The notes below the pieces were generated by a model. The model saw nothing but the letters and a program-made list of their open reading frames with translations, was not told where the DNA came from and did not search any database. The position numbers and the translations under genes are program-made. From Malacoraja senta (lineage: Eukaryota), in NCBI GenBank assembly GCA_038087875.1, contig CM075989.1, positions 1,860,001 to 1,924,000 on the forward strand: a DNA stretch of 64,000 nt. Direction: 5' to 3'. The stretch's first letter is position 1. Each line of letters begins with the position of its first letter. Below, in pieces: positions 13,015 to 28,175 of this stretch.

Positions 13015-13325
13015 ACGGGTGGTACGGTGGCACATCGGTAGCGTTGCTGCCTCACAGCGCCAGAGACCCAGGTTCAATCCCTACTACGGATAGCGTTGTA
13101 CGGAGTTTGTATTTTCCCCCCGTGACTTGCGCGGGTTTTCTCAAAGATCTTCAGTTTGCTTCCACACTCTAAAGATGTACAGGTTTGTAGGTTAATTGTT
13201 TTGATATAGTTGTAAATTGTCCCTAGTGTGTGCAGGATAGTCTAAATGTGCGGGGATCGCTTGTCTGCGGGGATTTGGTGGGCCGAAATGCCTACTTCCA
13301 CGCTGCATCTCTAAACTAAACTAAA
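13015..13325 (+). mobile_element. HE1-like V-SINE
   Basis: Degenerate A box, GGTTCAATCC B box and a CTCTAAACTAAACTAAAC tail. Confidence 0.75.
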
Positions 13326-13629
13326 CGCTGTGAAGATTCCCTGAAGTCTTAGTGGTCACTGACTATACAGTGCTGTCGGACCCTTAACAATAACCAAGGA
13401 AACCAGCCCAGCATGAGCTCCGAAGATGAGGCTTTACATTGAAGATACACACAAAATGCTGGAGTAACTCAGCGGGTCAGACAGCATCTCTTTCTGTCAG
13501 AGTGTGGCCTCGGGCAAACCAAAGGAACAACACCTCAGATTCCCCCTGCTGTTACAGATGGTTGGAGAAAGGCCACAGATGAAATCACTAAAGGTGGAGA
13601 TAAGGATAGAAGGATAGATCTATAAGGAT

Positions 13630-14685
13630 ATATCCCTCATCCCGCATCTCCTCTTCTGCTCTCGTTCCCCTCCCCTCAAATGGAGCAAGGATAGAGTTCC
13701 CCTGGTCCTCACCTTTCACCCACTAGCCGCCGCATCCAACATATCATTCTCCAACATTTCCACCTCCTCCAACCTGATCCCACCACCGCATTCCCATCCG
13801 TTCCCAACTTCTGCAGAGACCGCTACCTCGGCAACTCCATGGTTCACTCATCCCTTCCCACCTAAACCACCCCCTCCCCAGGTACGTTCCCCAGCACCCA
13901 CAGGCGATGTAACACCTGTCCCTATACTCCTCCATCAACTCCATCCAGGAGCCCCAGCAGTTCCTTCCAGGTGAGACCGGTTTACATGTGCCTCTTCTAA
14001 CCTCATCTATTGAATCTGCAGTTGTTGATGTGGACACCTTTATATCGGCGGGACCCAGCGTAGACTTGGCAACCATTTTGTTGGACACTTGCACCCATTC
14101 CATCAAGGTCAACCGGATCTCCCGGTTGCTAACTACTATAACCCCTTCCCATTCCCACACTGATCTTTCTGTCCTGGGCCTGCTCCATGGCAGATAGATG
14201 GCACACACAAAACTGGAAGAACAGCATGTCATATTACGTTTGGACAGCTAAAAACCTAACGGTATAAACGTTGAGCTCCAATTTTATGTGACTTACCAAA
14301 ACCCTCCCTTCTCTATTTCCCCCCTCTCCTCCCTTTGCCCCACCTGGACTCGCACCCATTTCTTCCTACCCTCTCCCCTTCCACCTACATAACTCACGTG
14401 GAATTAACAATTCACTATTCTTCCATCCTTATCTCCACCTTCAGTCGCTTCATGTCTGGCCTTTGTCCAATCATCTGCTTATCCAAAATCCCCCTCACCT
14501 GTATCCACCTATCACTTTGCAGGCTTTGTCCTGCTCCTCCTCTCTTCCAGCTTTCTTTCTCCCCACCCCCCCACCCCCCGACAATCAGTCAGAAGAAGGA
14601 TCCCAACACTAAACGTCACCCGTCCATGTTCTCCAGAGATACTGCCTGACCCAATGTTATTCCTGCACTTTGTGTTTATCTTTAT
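13630..14685 (+). mobile_element. Degraded Penelope-like element 3' half (Cys linker, GIY-YIG remnant, terminal repeat)
   Basis: Homologous to the reverse complement of about 41690-42700. An inverted terminal-repeat fragment lies just upstream at 13441-13491. Confidence 0.7.
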
Positions 14686-16022
14686 CTATTATAATCCGGG
14701 TTTCGCAGTGGCAACTCTTTGCCGACTATTTATGCAGCTGGGAGTTTCAATACTAATGGCGGGATAAATTATTTGAAGAATTTGAATAGAAATCTGAGGG
14801 GTAACCTTTTCACACAAAGGGTGGTGGGTGTATGGAACAAGCTGCCAGAGGAGGTAGTTGTGGCTGGGATTATCCCATCGTTTCAGGAACAGTTAAGGGC
14901 CTGACTCCCGCAGTCGCTGAAAACCCGTCAGGTTGTATGACAATCTACACCAGGCTACGACACAGTTGATGTCAAACTGCGACAATCTGCGTCAGCCGAC
15001 GTCACAATTTCCAGGACCTCAACAGCGACAACATACGACAGCATATGACATACAGCATACAACAGCGCCTACGACATCCTGCGACTGGATGTCGATTGAG
15101 AAATAAGGACTTCAAAATCGCTGGGAATTGGATCGGTGTTTGCTGAATGTACCACCACAGCAACAAGTCCGTGTTTGCTGGAGAACAGGCTGCAGTGCCC
15201 AATAAATCATGCAGTAATTAAATTACAATTGCAAAGCGATCTGGGTCCCAGATAGCAACAAGCACCCTCTAATTGACTTCACAGCAACATACAAGGGGCC
15301 CTGCCAAGAATTTGGTGCAATTGATTTGTTGAAATGAATACATTTTTCACACATCAGTGAAACCAATATTAAATACTTCAGTAATCACTTCAATAATGAC
15401 CCGACATTTAATTTGAGGGAAGTGCTTGTTAGCTGACACCTCAGGGGTGCAATTTACAGATGTGATATTTGGGATTGAACAAGAGTAGTTTTAATATTTA
15501 ACAGACAATAATGCAGACAGTTTATTCTCGTTCAGACCCTGGGAATCTCTTTAATCAGTAGCGGATGCTGGGCTTATCCTGAGACATCTATCCCAAGGGA
15601 GGCTGCATACACCGACCTCGGTCATTCATCTCAAAAGGGAAAAGCCATGACTCAAATAAATGCAAATCAAAAACAATCCCGCAGATGCAGGTTGGTGGGT
15701 GTATGGAACAAGCAGCCAGAGGAGGTAGTTGAGACAAGGACTATTGCAACGTTTAAGAAACAATTAGACAGGTACATGGATGGGTTTGGAGGGATTTGGA
15801 GGGATATGGGCCAAGTGCAGACAGGTGGGACTAGTGTAGATGGGACATGTTGGTGGATGTGGGCAAGTTGTGCTGAAGGACCTGTTTCCATGTTGTACGA
15901 CTCTATGACTATCTATGCTGCCAATCTGAAATAAACCCACAAAATGCTAGATGCGGAAATGGGGAAAGAGAAAGAAAGTTAAAATATTCAGGTTTGAGAT
16001 TCTTTGTAAGAAACTGAAATGG

Positions 16023-17080
16023 TGTTGCGGTCGCGGAGTTGTTTGTTAAACAACGAGGCAGACACGAAGTTTGTCTGAAATACTGGTTCTTTATTCTACA
16101 CTTTCTTTATTCTACACTTTATTCTACAGACTTTCTGAGTGGTGTGTTCACAACAATCTCTCTCTGAACACTAAAAAGACAAAGGAGATGATCACTGATT
16201 TCAGGCGACATAGAGCGAAGCTCAGGCCACTGGAGATAGGGGGCGAGGAGGTGGAGAGGGTGCCTAGTTTTAAATTACTGGGGATCAACATCAGTGAGGA
16301 TCTTAAATGGTCTTTGAACTCTGCTGTAGTTGTAAAAAAGGCGCAACAGAGACTTTACTTCCTCAGAACACTGAGGAAGGCCCATCTGTCTGCTAAACTG
16401 CTGGAGTCTTTCTACCGCTGTTCTGTAAAAAGCATACTGACTTACTGCATAACTGCCTGGTTTGGGAACTGTTCAGGAGCTGATGATAAAAACTGCCCAG
16501 GGTATCATTGGACTCCCCCTGCCCCCCCTGGAGGACATTTACCACTCCAGATGCCGCAGCAGGACCTGTAATATCGTGAAAGACATTACACATCCTTGTC
16601 ACCACCTTTTCACACTGCTGCCCTCAGGAAAAAGGTACAGGTCGCTAAAGTCACGCACTGCCAGACTCAAGAACAGCTTTTATCCATCAGCAATCTTGGA
16701 ACTGAACTCTGTCTCGGGAGCGGGTTATGGGAGACAGTGTTAATTTATGTAAATGTGATTCAATGGGTGGGTTTGGGGAGGGAGGGAGTGTAAAAAGTTT
16801 GAGTATGTGAATGTTTGAAGTTCTTTTAAATGGAGAGACACAGTAATCTCGTTGTATGTGACACATGCAATGACAATCAAGCATTCTGATTCTGATTCTG
16901 ATACACTAACTATCCTCACTCACCAGCCCTGTGCACGCGTGATTAACCTGTAAATACTCCCCAGGGGCACCCATGACCAAACCGTGAACCCCATCTCTCC
17001 TCACCGGGACACGTGACCCCCCCCCACCCAAGAGCAGAAGGTTATGTACAGTGCGTGGCCCATCACCCAGTGCCAGCACA
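16023..17080 (-). mobile_element. Solo LTR (~250 bp) split by a Rex1 insertion
   Basis: TG...CA termini (TGTTGC...GCACA). 4-bp TSD ATGG at 16019-16022 and 17081-17084. AATAAA on the minus strand near 16090. Confidence 0.65.
16103..16901 (+). mobile_element. Rex1/Babar-clade LINE 3' fragment
   Basis: WCVHNNLSLNTKKTKEM, KKAQQRLYFLRTL and RLKNSFYP motifs. (ATTCTG)n tail. Candidate TSD TACACT at 16097-16102 and 16902-16907. Confidence 0.85.
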
Positions 17081-18319
17081 ATGGACTTGGATGGTCTCAG
17101 ACTTGAAATGGGTAACTCTGCTTCTTTCTCCGGAGATGCTGCCTGACCTGTGAGTGTTTCCTGCGTGTTCTGTTTTCATAGAAGCTGCAGGGCAAAGTTT
17201 AAGTTTCCTCCCTTGCTGGTTTCCCAGGTGACTTTGCCCAATGAATGTTAATAGGCACTTAGTTCAAGCTCGTTGGGCTGCAGGAGTTTGAGTCCATGGA
17301 TTGAGATTATTTCTGCGTGAAAATGCTTTAGTGGGTAAAGGATTCATTCAGCATCTTTAGTTCTTGATTACCACTGGTGTCAGGGGTTATGGGGAGGGCG
17401 GGAGAATGGAGTTGAGAGGGAGATATAGATCAGCCATGATTGAATGGTGGAGTAGACTTGAGGGGCCGAATGGCCGAATTCTGCTCCTGGGATTTATGAA
17501 TGCAGAGAGAGTGTGCCTAAAGACTTTCACCATGAACACGATAGAGAAAGGCTAAAACAGCTGAGATAATCTGCAGAAGAGTGCAATGTTCCTGAAGTGG
17601 TGCAGCAGCATTGCAGATGCCTCCAGTAAAACACTTACTTCAGAAACAATAAGCCTTAAGGCAACACACGTTGATGGGCAGAGAAATCAGGCTAACATTT
17701 TAGAGACTTTAGAGAGACAGCGTGGAAACTGTCAATGGATATTTTTAAGATGGAGATTGATGGATTTTTGATTAGTATGGGTGTCAGGGGTTATGGGGAG
17801 AAGGCAGGAGAATGGGGTTAGGAGGGAAAGATAGATCAGCCATGATTGAATGGCGGAGTAGACTTGATGGGCCAAATGGCCTAATTCTGCTCCTACAACT
17901 TAGGAACATGAACAGGCCCTTCGGCCCACCAAGTCCGTGCCAGCCAGCGATCATCCTATACTAGCACTATCCTTCACACTAGGGACAATTTACCAAAGCC
18001 AATCTACAGAAATCGATGTCCTCAAGAGTCAACAGTGCAGTGTTTAAAAACAACCTGACCACATTGTGTTGTCCTTATTTCTCCAAATAGTTTTGAACTA
18101 ATCCATTGGTTTATGGATTATGAGGACCTCGGGAGAATTAAAGCCTACGATGCCTGTAGATGGATCTTTCCACAATTTAATTTGTTTTTTTAACCTATCA
18201 CCACAGTTCCCAGAGAACACAAGGTACTGAAGTAAGTCAGTGGGTCACACGGGATCTCAGGAGGACATGGACTCCGGTCTTCTGCTCATGTAACTCCTTT
18301 CCATTCATCCGCGTCATCG

Positions 18320-18830
18320 TGTCATAGAGTCATACAGTGTGGAAACAGGCCATTCGGCCCAACTTGCCCACACTGGCCAACATGTTCCAGCTACACTAGT
18401 CCCACCTGCCTGCGCTTGGTCCATATCCCTTCAAACCTGTCCTGTCAATGTACCTGTCTAACTGTTTCTTAAATGTTGGGATAGTCCCAGCCTCAAATAA
18501 CTCCTCTGGCAGCTTGTTCCATACACCCACCACCTTTGTGTGAAAAGTTACCTCTCAGATCCCTATTAAATCTTTTCCCCTTCACCTTGAACCTATGTCC
18601 TCTGGTCCTCGATTCCCCGAATCTGAGCAAGAGATTCAGTGCATCTGCCCAATCTATTCATTTCATGATTTTGTACACCTCTATAAGATCTCCCCTCATC
18701 CTCCTGCACTCTCAGGAATAGAGATCCAGCCTACTCAACCCTATAGCTCAGACTCTCTAGTCCTGGCAACATCCTTGTAAATCTTCTCCGAACCCTTCCA
18801 TACTTGACAACATCTTTCTTATAACATGGT
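18320..18830 (-). mobile_element. CR1 3' fragment
   Basis: Same family as 11722-12063 and 25950-28175. Confidence 0.75.
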
Positions 18831-19590
18831 GAGGACAGGGAGAACTATAACAGGGTCAAGAGCCAACTGTTGTGAACTTGCCTTGTTTCCCAGTGACAGG
18901 GAGACCATGCAGAGATGTACTTGATGGGCATGTAATCTGCCCCCTGAATAGGTATAACGAGGGCTTTCATACCAATGTAGTGTGTGCAATGGAGGGCAGT
19001 GGAGGCCAAGTCACTGGATGGAGTTAAGAGAGAGTTAGATAGAGCTCTAGGGGCGAGTGGAGTCAATGGATATGGGGAGAAGGCAGGCACGGGTTATTGA
19101 TTGGGGACGATCAGCCATGATCACAAGAATGGCGGTGCTGGCTCAAAGGGCCGAATGGCCTCCTCCTGCACCTATTTTCTATGTTTCTATGTAACCTACT
19201 CTGTAATACACTGTGCCAAATTAGAGGTTTAACCTGCAGTGAGGCAGGAGCAATAAAACATTACATTTATATGTGGTATTTTAAGGGAGGAGATATTACG
19301 AGGTACTTCAGAGAAGTGGACTTTTAAATAAAAAGCTTGATGTCAAAGAAAAGATCAATTGAATAGAAAGATTAGCTAAACAAGCGGGATAATAAAGATG
19401 GCATCGCCGGTGAAGGGTTTAGGGAGGGACTTCAAGAGCACACACTGAGATAAGTCCACAAGGCATCGGGGCACAGTTAGGCCATTCATCCGATCGAGTC
19501 TGCTGCACTTAGTTTAGTTCAGAGATACAGCGCGGAAACAGGCCATTTGGCCCAGCAAGTCTGCATCGACCAATGATCCCTGCACACTAA

Positions 19591-19785
19591 TGGGCCTGTC
19601 TCACGTGGGCGGTTTTTTGGGCGACTACAGGCGACTGCTGCAACATTTTCAACATGTTGAACATTTTTCGGCGACAGTATCGACAATTTTTGCTGTCGTA
19701 GGTTGTCGCCAGCTGTCATAGGTGAATTCCATTAAAACTAGTCCCTGGCAGTTGCCTAAAGAGTCGCCTAAGTGGGACAGGCCCT
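19591..19785. mobile_element. Harbinger-type MITE inserted in an HE1-like SINE (19508-20010, minus strand)
   Basis: TGGGCCTGTCTCAC...AGTGGGACAGGCCCT with TAA/TTA flanks. The SINE continues on both sides. Confidence 0.7.
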
Positions 19786-20554
19786 TTACACTATCCTACA
19801 CACACTAGAAGCAATTCTACATTCATACCAAGCCAATTAACCTACAACTCTGTACGTCTTTGGAGTGTGGGGGGAACCAAAGATCTTGGAGAAACCCACG
19901 CAGGTCACGGGGAGAACGTACAAACTCCATACCGGCAGCACCCATAGTCTGGATCAAACCAGTTCTGGCGCTGCAAGACAGCAGCTGTACCGATACATCA
20001 CCGTGCCGCCCTATTCAATCATGGCTGATCTATTTTTCCCTCTCAAACCCATTCCTCATTCCCCCAACCTCATACTGTAGATGTGTAAGAGGTTAGACAC
20101 AAACAAGTGGGACGTTTAAAAGGTTTAGCAGGAAATGCAAACTGGAACGGGAATCAAGGACAAAGCAGGGCAAGTTAATGGTTTATACCCATGTTGATGC
20201 TGACTGTGGGGATCTGGTACTTATGTGAGTTAACAAGGTCAAGGTCAATGCATGAGTTAATGTGGGTGCAGGAGCAGGTTCCAAGGCAGGACTTTGAAAC
20301 TCGATTGTTGGTGAAGATAAGGGATGGGCAACCACCAAAGGAAGATTGAGTGGAGGAAGGAACTGCAGATGCTGGTTCACAACAAAGATAGACACAAAAT
20401 GCTGGAGTAACTCAGTGGGTCAAGCAACATCTCTGGAGAAAAGGAATAGGTGATGTTTCGGGTCGAGACCCTTCTTCGGACTTAATCCCGTAATGTTGGG
20501 TGGTCAATGAGGTACCTACCCTGTAACGTCCTGTGTTCAGTGAAGTACCTGTCC

Positions 20555-21358
<804 letters not shown>

Positions 21359-22519
21359 TCACTGGTCACAGACTTAAACATCACCAGCCCACACATGGTG
21401 GCACAGAACATACAGAGTGGGCTCCGCATGCTCTCAAATACACCAGCTCATCCCTGTATCAATACCTTCCAGCAACTAAATACGTACCGTTGCTTATTTA
21501 TAGTTTGCTTCGGTGTGAATATTGCTGGACTGTTTTCTCTCTATGTATTCGTGGGGTGTTAATGCTGGCATTAAATACCACTGAAACGAGGCAGTTAAAG
21601 TCAGATTGGTAGGTGTGCAGTGACGTGCTAACCATGCAGGTAAGGTTACAGGTGACCTTCCCCGGTGGGGGGGGGGGGGTGGGGGGTGAGGGTAAACTAT
21701 GCTTCAGGACAACTTCAGGAGCGCGGCACAGTGGTGCAGCGGGTAGAACCACTGCCTCACTACAACAGAGACCCAGGTTCGACCTTGGGCTCCGGTGCTG
21801 TCTGTGTGGAGTTTGCACATTCTCCCCGTGACTGTGTGAGTGGGGTCAAGGAAAGAGCGTTCACGTCGCGGCCCTGTTTCCATCAATCTTTCCACCAGCA
21901 CGCAAGACAGACACCATTGTGCAGGTGGCGGGAATTGTGTTCAGCTCTGGCTGAACAACTTCTAATCTTGTGTGTGGACTCGACAAGAAGAAGACTGCGT
22001 GCGTTTCTAGCGAGTACTTTGGTTCCTCCTCACATGCGGGTCGGTTGGTTAATTGCCTCGAGTGAGGAGGAACAGAAGAGTAGATTCTGGGGGAGTTGAT
22101 GAGAATGAGGGGAGAATAAAGAAAATAAGCTGAATGTAGAATTACTGTCAATGGCAGGTTGATGGTCAACTGTCTGAAGGAGGGTTTCAACCCGAAACGT
22201 TGCCTATTTCCTTCGCTCCATAGATGCTGCCTCACCCGCTGAGTTTCTCCAGCATTTTTGTCCACCTTTGTGCACCTCACTGTGATTTTCTGACAATGGA
22301 TTGGTATTCCCCCGCTGGGAATTGGACTCCTGGTTCAGGATCAGAAGCCCAGAACTCTGGTTACTGGTCCATCAACTTAACCACTGCACATCTGTGCCCT
22401 ATCCTTCCCTTCACCTCACTTAACCATCAAGCTGCTGTTCAGGGCCAGGAATGGTCCAGCACTGGTTCACAGTGAGCAAGGTTGGCCTTACACTGGCCAA
22501 GTCCAGGCCCAGCACACTC

Positions 22520-22690
22520 AGATACAGAGTGAAGCTCCCTCTCCCCTGTCTCACTCACAGTAAAGGTCCCTCTCCCCTACCTTACCCAGATAGAATGAAG
22601 CCTCCTCTCCCTTGCCTCGCTCACAGAGAATGAAGCCTCCTCTCCCTTGCCTCGCTCACAGAGAGTGAAGCCTCCTCTCCCCTCACTCCT
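22520..22690. repeat. Degenerate ~33-bp tandem repeat (CAGAGARTGAAGCCTCCTCTCCCTTGCCTCGCTCA)
   Basis: About 5 visible copies. Confidence 0.7.
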
Positions 22691-25600
22691 CAACAATCCC
22701 CTCATCCCCAGTCACTTCACCACCCCCCTGCATTACCCTGCAAGGGATTTCTTCCTTCTCCCTAGGGTGGCAACTGGTACAGCCGCTGCCTCCACAGCTC
22801 CAGAGACACGGTTCAATCCTGACTTTAGGTGATGTCAGCGTGGAGTTCTCCCTGTGACCACATGCGTTTCATTCCACATCCTGGAGACGTGTGGGTTTGT
22901 GGGTTAATTGGCCTCTGTAAATTGCCTCTGGTGTGTTGGGAGTGGATGAGAAAGTGGGATAACAACAATCCAGTGTGTACGGGAGATCGATGGTAAGCAT
23001 GACTCGGTGGGTAAAGGGATGCTGGTTCTCTAAACACTATAGCTCTTGGTCTGGTTCAATGAGAAAGCATAATCACAAACAAAAACACTGCAATTGTCCT
23101 GTGCATTTATACCATACCTGGGGCTACTAGTGCTGTTCCCCGTACAACAGCTCAGTGAAGCTGCCTGCCTGTTTGTTAACTTGTGTATAATGTTAGATTG
23201 ATGAGTGGAATAAAAGGATATGTTATCAACAGTACAAATGCCACCACAAACCAGCCCCTGTGGTGAATGCACACAAAGAGAGTCCGCACTATTGTTAGCA
23301 TTTTGTTTCCACTTTCTGGGGTTTGAACACGATGAGCAGAGGCACTGCCTGTGGGAATGAGGCTTCAACGTGAAGTTGCGGGCAGGGAGCATGAGAGTTC
23401 AGGCTGAGATGAGGCTGAACTATCGGCAACCACAGACAGAGCCGTTCCAAACGCTCTCCCATTCCCGGGGAAAGATCATCTCATTCACTGTGTGAAAACT
23501 TGGAATCTAATTGCTTCACGGGAGTAAACCGTCGAAATGACTGCCCAGAGGAATAAAGAACAGAAAAATCACACTCCTGACATGAGATAGACGATGGACA
23601 ATAGACAACAGGTGCAGGAGTAGGCCATTCGGCCCTTCGAGCCAGCACCGCCATTCAATGTGATCATGGCTGATCATCCCCAATCAGTACCCCTGTTCCT
23701 GTTTTTTCCCCATATCCCCTGACTCCGCTATTTTTAAGAGCCCTATCTAGCTCTCTCTTGAAAGCATCCAGAGAACCTGCCTCCACCGCCCTCTGAGAGA
23801 GAATTCCACACACTCACAACTCTCTGTGATCTCTCTGAGATCTGAGGAATACGCTACCAATAATATTGCTGCTGCAAGCAATGGGAATAAAATATACACT
23901 TCGACCTCCTGGGGGTACGATATCGTTGATGGAAATATCTGAAGATGAACAGGTGTTTTCCATTGTTCTTTGTGGTTCTATGGCTTGTCTTTATCTGAAG
24001 CAATTGGAACAACAGGGTAAGCACATTAATCCCAGTACACTCCCTTCAGGATACAATATCAGAGTTATCTCCGCACGGTATCTCTCTACTCTGTTGAAGG
24101 ATCCAGACCCCGAACATTGCCTGTCCATGTCCTCCACAGATGCTGCCTGACCCGTTTAATTACGCCAGCACTCAGTGTTCGAGGCAAGATTCAAGTGTCC
24201 TTCTGTCTCTCTTGTCTCTGCAATCCTCTGACCCACAGCCATTTGTCAAGAGTATAAAGTAGTCTAGAAAAAGGATACTTGAATAGGCTCAGAGAGATTA
24301 TTCAATCCATCTGCAATCATCCAGCCGTTCACTCCTGCATTCCTTCACCACTCAACCTCATTATTTATAACACAAAACACAAAGTGCTTCAGTTACTCAG
24401 TGGGCCATAAGATCATAAGATCATAAGATTATGTGATAGGAGCTTAATTAGGCCATTCAGCCCATCAAGTCTACTCCGTCATTCAATCATGGCTGATCTA
24501 TCTCTCCCTCCTAACCCCACTCTCCTGCCTTCTCCCCATACCCTCTGACACCTGTGCTAATCAAGAATCTATCTATCTCTGCCTAAATATATCCACTGAC
24601 TTGGCCTCCACAACCTTTTGTGGCAAAGAATTCCACAAATTCTCCACCCTCTGACTAAAGAAATTCCTCCTTATCTTCATCCGGAAACAACGTTGTTTAA
24701 TTCTGAGGCTGTGACCTCTAGTCCTAGACTCTCCCACATCCACTCTATCCAAGCCTTTCACTATTCTGTACGTTTCAATGAGGTCCCCCCTCATTCATCT
24801 AAACTCCAGTGAGTACATGCCCAGTGCCGTCAAACGCTCATCATATGTTAACCCACTCATTCCTGTGTCAGGCAGCATCTGTGGAAGGAAAGGACAAGTG
24901 ACTGTTCAGGTCGGGGCACGTCTTCAGTCTGAAGAACGCTTCCCCCCTGAAACGCCACCTATCCATTATCTCCACAGATGCAGCCGGACCACTGAGTTAT
25001 TCCAGCACTTTGTTTTCTGTTCAAGTTTCCAGCATCTGCAGTTCCTTGTGTCTCCTAATTAATTATTAAATGGTGCTGTCAAGGTGGCCTCCATCCCCTG
25101 AGCCTCAAGATTCCTGCAAATAACATTCCGCTCCTCATGACAAGGGTCTTTTCAAGTTGTCCTCATTTTTATCTTCTTTCCTCAGCTTTCCTTTGACTAA
25201 CTTCACTCTTTGTTTTGCAACATTCCAAATAAATCTTGTCTACAAACAAAAATTTGCAGATGTTGGTAATCTGAAATTTAAAAAAAAAATGCTGGAGTAA
25301 CTCAGTGGGACAGGCAGCATCTCTGGAGAGAAGGAATGGGTGACGTTTCGGGTCGAGTCTGTAGAAAGATCACAACCTGAAACCGCACCCATTCCTTCTC
25401 TCCTGGAAGGATGTGTAGTCGAGATAGTTGTGGGAGTCAGTGGGTTTGTAATAGAAGTCAGTCGATAGTCTATCTCCTATCGGGTGATCAAGAAAGGGGA
25501 AGGAGGTGTCGGATATGGTCCAAGTAAATTTGAGTGCAGGATGGAAATTGGTGGTGAAGTTAATGATGTCCATGCTTGCAGGAGGTAGCATTGATGCAGT

Positions 25601-25949
25601 TGTCAATGTTGTCAAACTGCAGATGCTAGTTTAGACTGAAGATAGACACAAAAAGCTGGGTTAACTCAGCGGGTCAGAAAACATCTCTAGGGAGAAGGAA
25701 TAGGTGACGTTTCGGGTCGAGATGAGTCTGAAAAAGAGTCTTGACTCGAAACGTCACCTATTCCTTCTCTCCAAAGATGCTGTCTGACCCGCTGAGCTAC
25801 TCCAGCTTTTTTGTGTCTGTCTACTCTTTCAGTTTGATGGCCCTTTCTCAAAATCTGTTATTATTTCAAAAGCATAAGCACACGAGTACTCAAGGGCCTG
25901 AGCTACAGGGAGAGGTTGAGCAGGCTTGGACATGAGGATGAGGGGTGAT

Positions 25950-28175
25950 TGAGTCATAGACTCATAGAGAGTCATGGAGTGATACGGTGTGGAAAAAGAC
26001 CCTTTGGATCAAATCACCCACACCGGCCAACAATGTCCCAGCTACACTAGTGCCACTTGTCTGCGCTTGGTCCAAAAACCATCCAAACCTGTCCTATCCA
26101 TGTACCTGTCCAACTGTTTCTTAAATGATGGGATAGTCCCAGCCTCAACTACCTCCTCTGGCAGCTTGTTCCATACATCCACCACCATTTGTGTGAAAAA
26201 GTTACCCCTCGGGTTCCTATTAAATCTTTCCCCTTCATCTTAAACCTATGTCCTCTGCTCCTCGATTCCCCTACTCTGGGTAAATGACTGTGCATCTACC
26301 TGATCTATTCCTCTCATGGTTTTATATACCTCTATAAGATCTCCCCTCATCCTCCTGCGCTCCATGGAATAGAGACCCAGCCTACTTAACCTCTCCCTAT
26401 AGCTCACACCCTCTAGTCCTGGCAACATCCTCATAAATCTTTTCTGACCCCTTTCAAGATGACAATATCTTTCCTATAACATGGTGCCCAGAACTGAACT
26501 CAATATTCTAAATGCGGTCTCACCAACGTCTCATACAACTGCAACATGACCTCCCAACTTCTATAGTCAATACTCTGACTGATGAAGGCCAAAATGCCAA
26601 AAGCCTTTTTTACCTGCGACTCGACCTTCAAGGAACCATGCACCTGTACTCCTAGATCCCTCTGCTCTACAACACAACCCAGAGGCCTACCATTTACTGT
26701 GTAGGTCCTGCCCTTGTTCGACGTCCCAAAATGCAACACCTCACACTTCTGAGTATTAAACCATTCCTCCGCCCACCTGGCCAATCGATCCAGATCCTGC
26801 TGCAATCGTTCACAACCATCTTCACTATCTGCAAAACCACTAACTTTTGTATCATCAGCAAACTTGCTAATCTTGCCCTGTATGTTCTCATCCTATTCAT
26901 TGATGTAGATGAAAAACAGTTATGGGCCCAGCCCCGAAACCTGTGGCACACCACTAGTCACAGGCCTCCAATCTGAGAAGCAAACTTCCACCATCACCCT
27001 CTGCTTCCTTCCATGGAGCCAATTTGCTGTCCATTCAGCTCCTTGGATCCCATGAGATCTAACTTTCCAGAGCAGCCTACCATGCGGCACCTTGTCGAAC
27101 ATCTTACTAAAGTCCATGTACACAACATCTACAGCTCTGCCCTCATCGACCTTTTTGCTCACGTCTTCAATAAAATCAATCATATTTGTGAGACACGACC
27201 TCCCACGTACAAAACTATGGTGACCATCCCTAATCAGCCCTTGTCATCCAAATGCCTGTATATCTTATCCCTCAGAATACTCGCCAGTAACTTTCCAACT
27301 ACAGATGTTAAGTTCACCGGCCTATAGTTCTCAGCATTTTCCCTGCAGCCCTTCTTGAAAAGAGGAACAACATTTGCACTCTCCAATCCTCTGGCACCTC
27401 TCCTGTATTTAAGGATGACTCATAAATTTCAACTAGGGCTCCTGCAATTTTCTCTCTAGTTTCTTGTAATATCCTCGGATATATCTGATTCGGCCCTGGA
27501 GATTTGTCTACCTTCAAACACAACAGTACCTTCAGTACTTCCTCGACGGTAACCCTGACTGCTCTCAAGATACTTCCATTGACTGCTCCAATTTCCTCCG
27601 TCCTACTGTCTTTCTCCTCGGTAAATACAGAGGAGAAATACTCATTTAGGACCTTGCCCATCTCCTGTGGCTCCACGCAGAGGTGACCGCTTTGATTCCT
27701 GAGAGGTTCCACCCTCTCTCTAGTTACCCTTTTCCTCCTTATGTATTTATCAAATCTTTTGGGATTGTCCTTAATGCTGCCCGCCAGCTGCCCTGCCTGG
27801 CCCCTTTTTACACTTCTGATTTCCTTTTTTAGTTTACTCCTTAGTTCCCGAAACTCCTCCAAGGATGCATTTGACCCCAGCTGCCTATACCTGTCCCATG
27901 CATCCTTCTTGTTTTTGACTAACGTCTCAATTTCCCTCGTCAGTCAAGCTTCCTTACGTTTGCCTGCTTTGCCCTTTCACTCTAACGGGGACGTACACAT
28001 CCTGAGCTCTCTTCAGTACACTTTTAAAACATCCCACGGCCGATGTTCCTTTCCCCTCTAATAACCTGCTCCAGCCAACTTGAGTGAGACCTTCTCTCAC
28101 ACCCTCAAGGTTGGCCATACCCCAGTTGAGCATTTTAACACGGGGACCTTCTCCGTCCCGATTCATAACTTATCT
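25950..28175 (-). mobile_element. Degraded CR1 LINE (RT to 3' end), second subfamily
   Basis: [39 protein letters not shown] and LGLYSMERRRMRGDL motifs. Confidence 0.9.

Noticed and set aside
21835..22034. Possible solo LTR (TGTGAG...CTCACA termini) adjoining a SINE fragment
   Set aside because: No target-site duplication or poly(A) signal found. Left unclassified.
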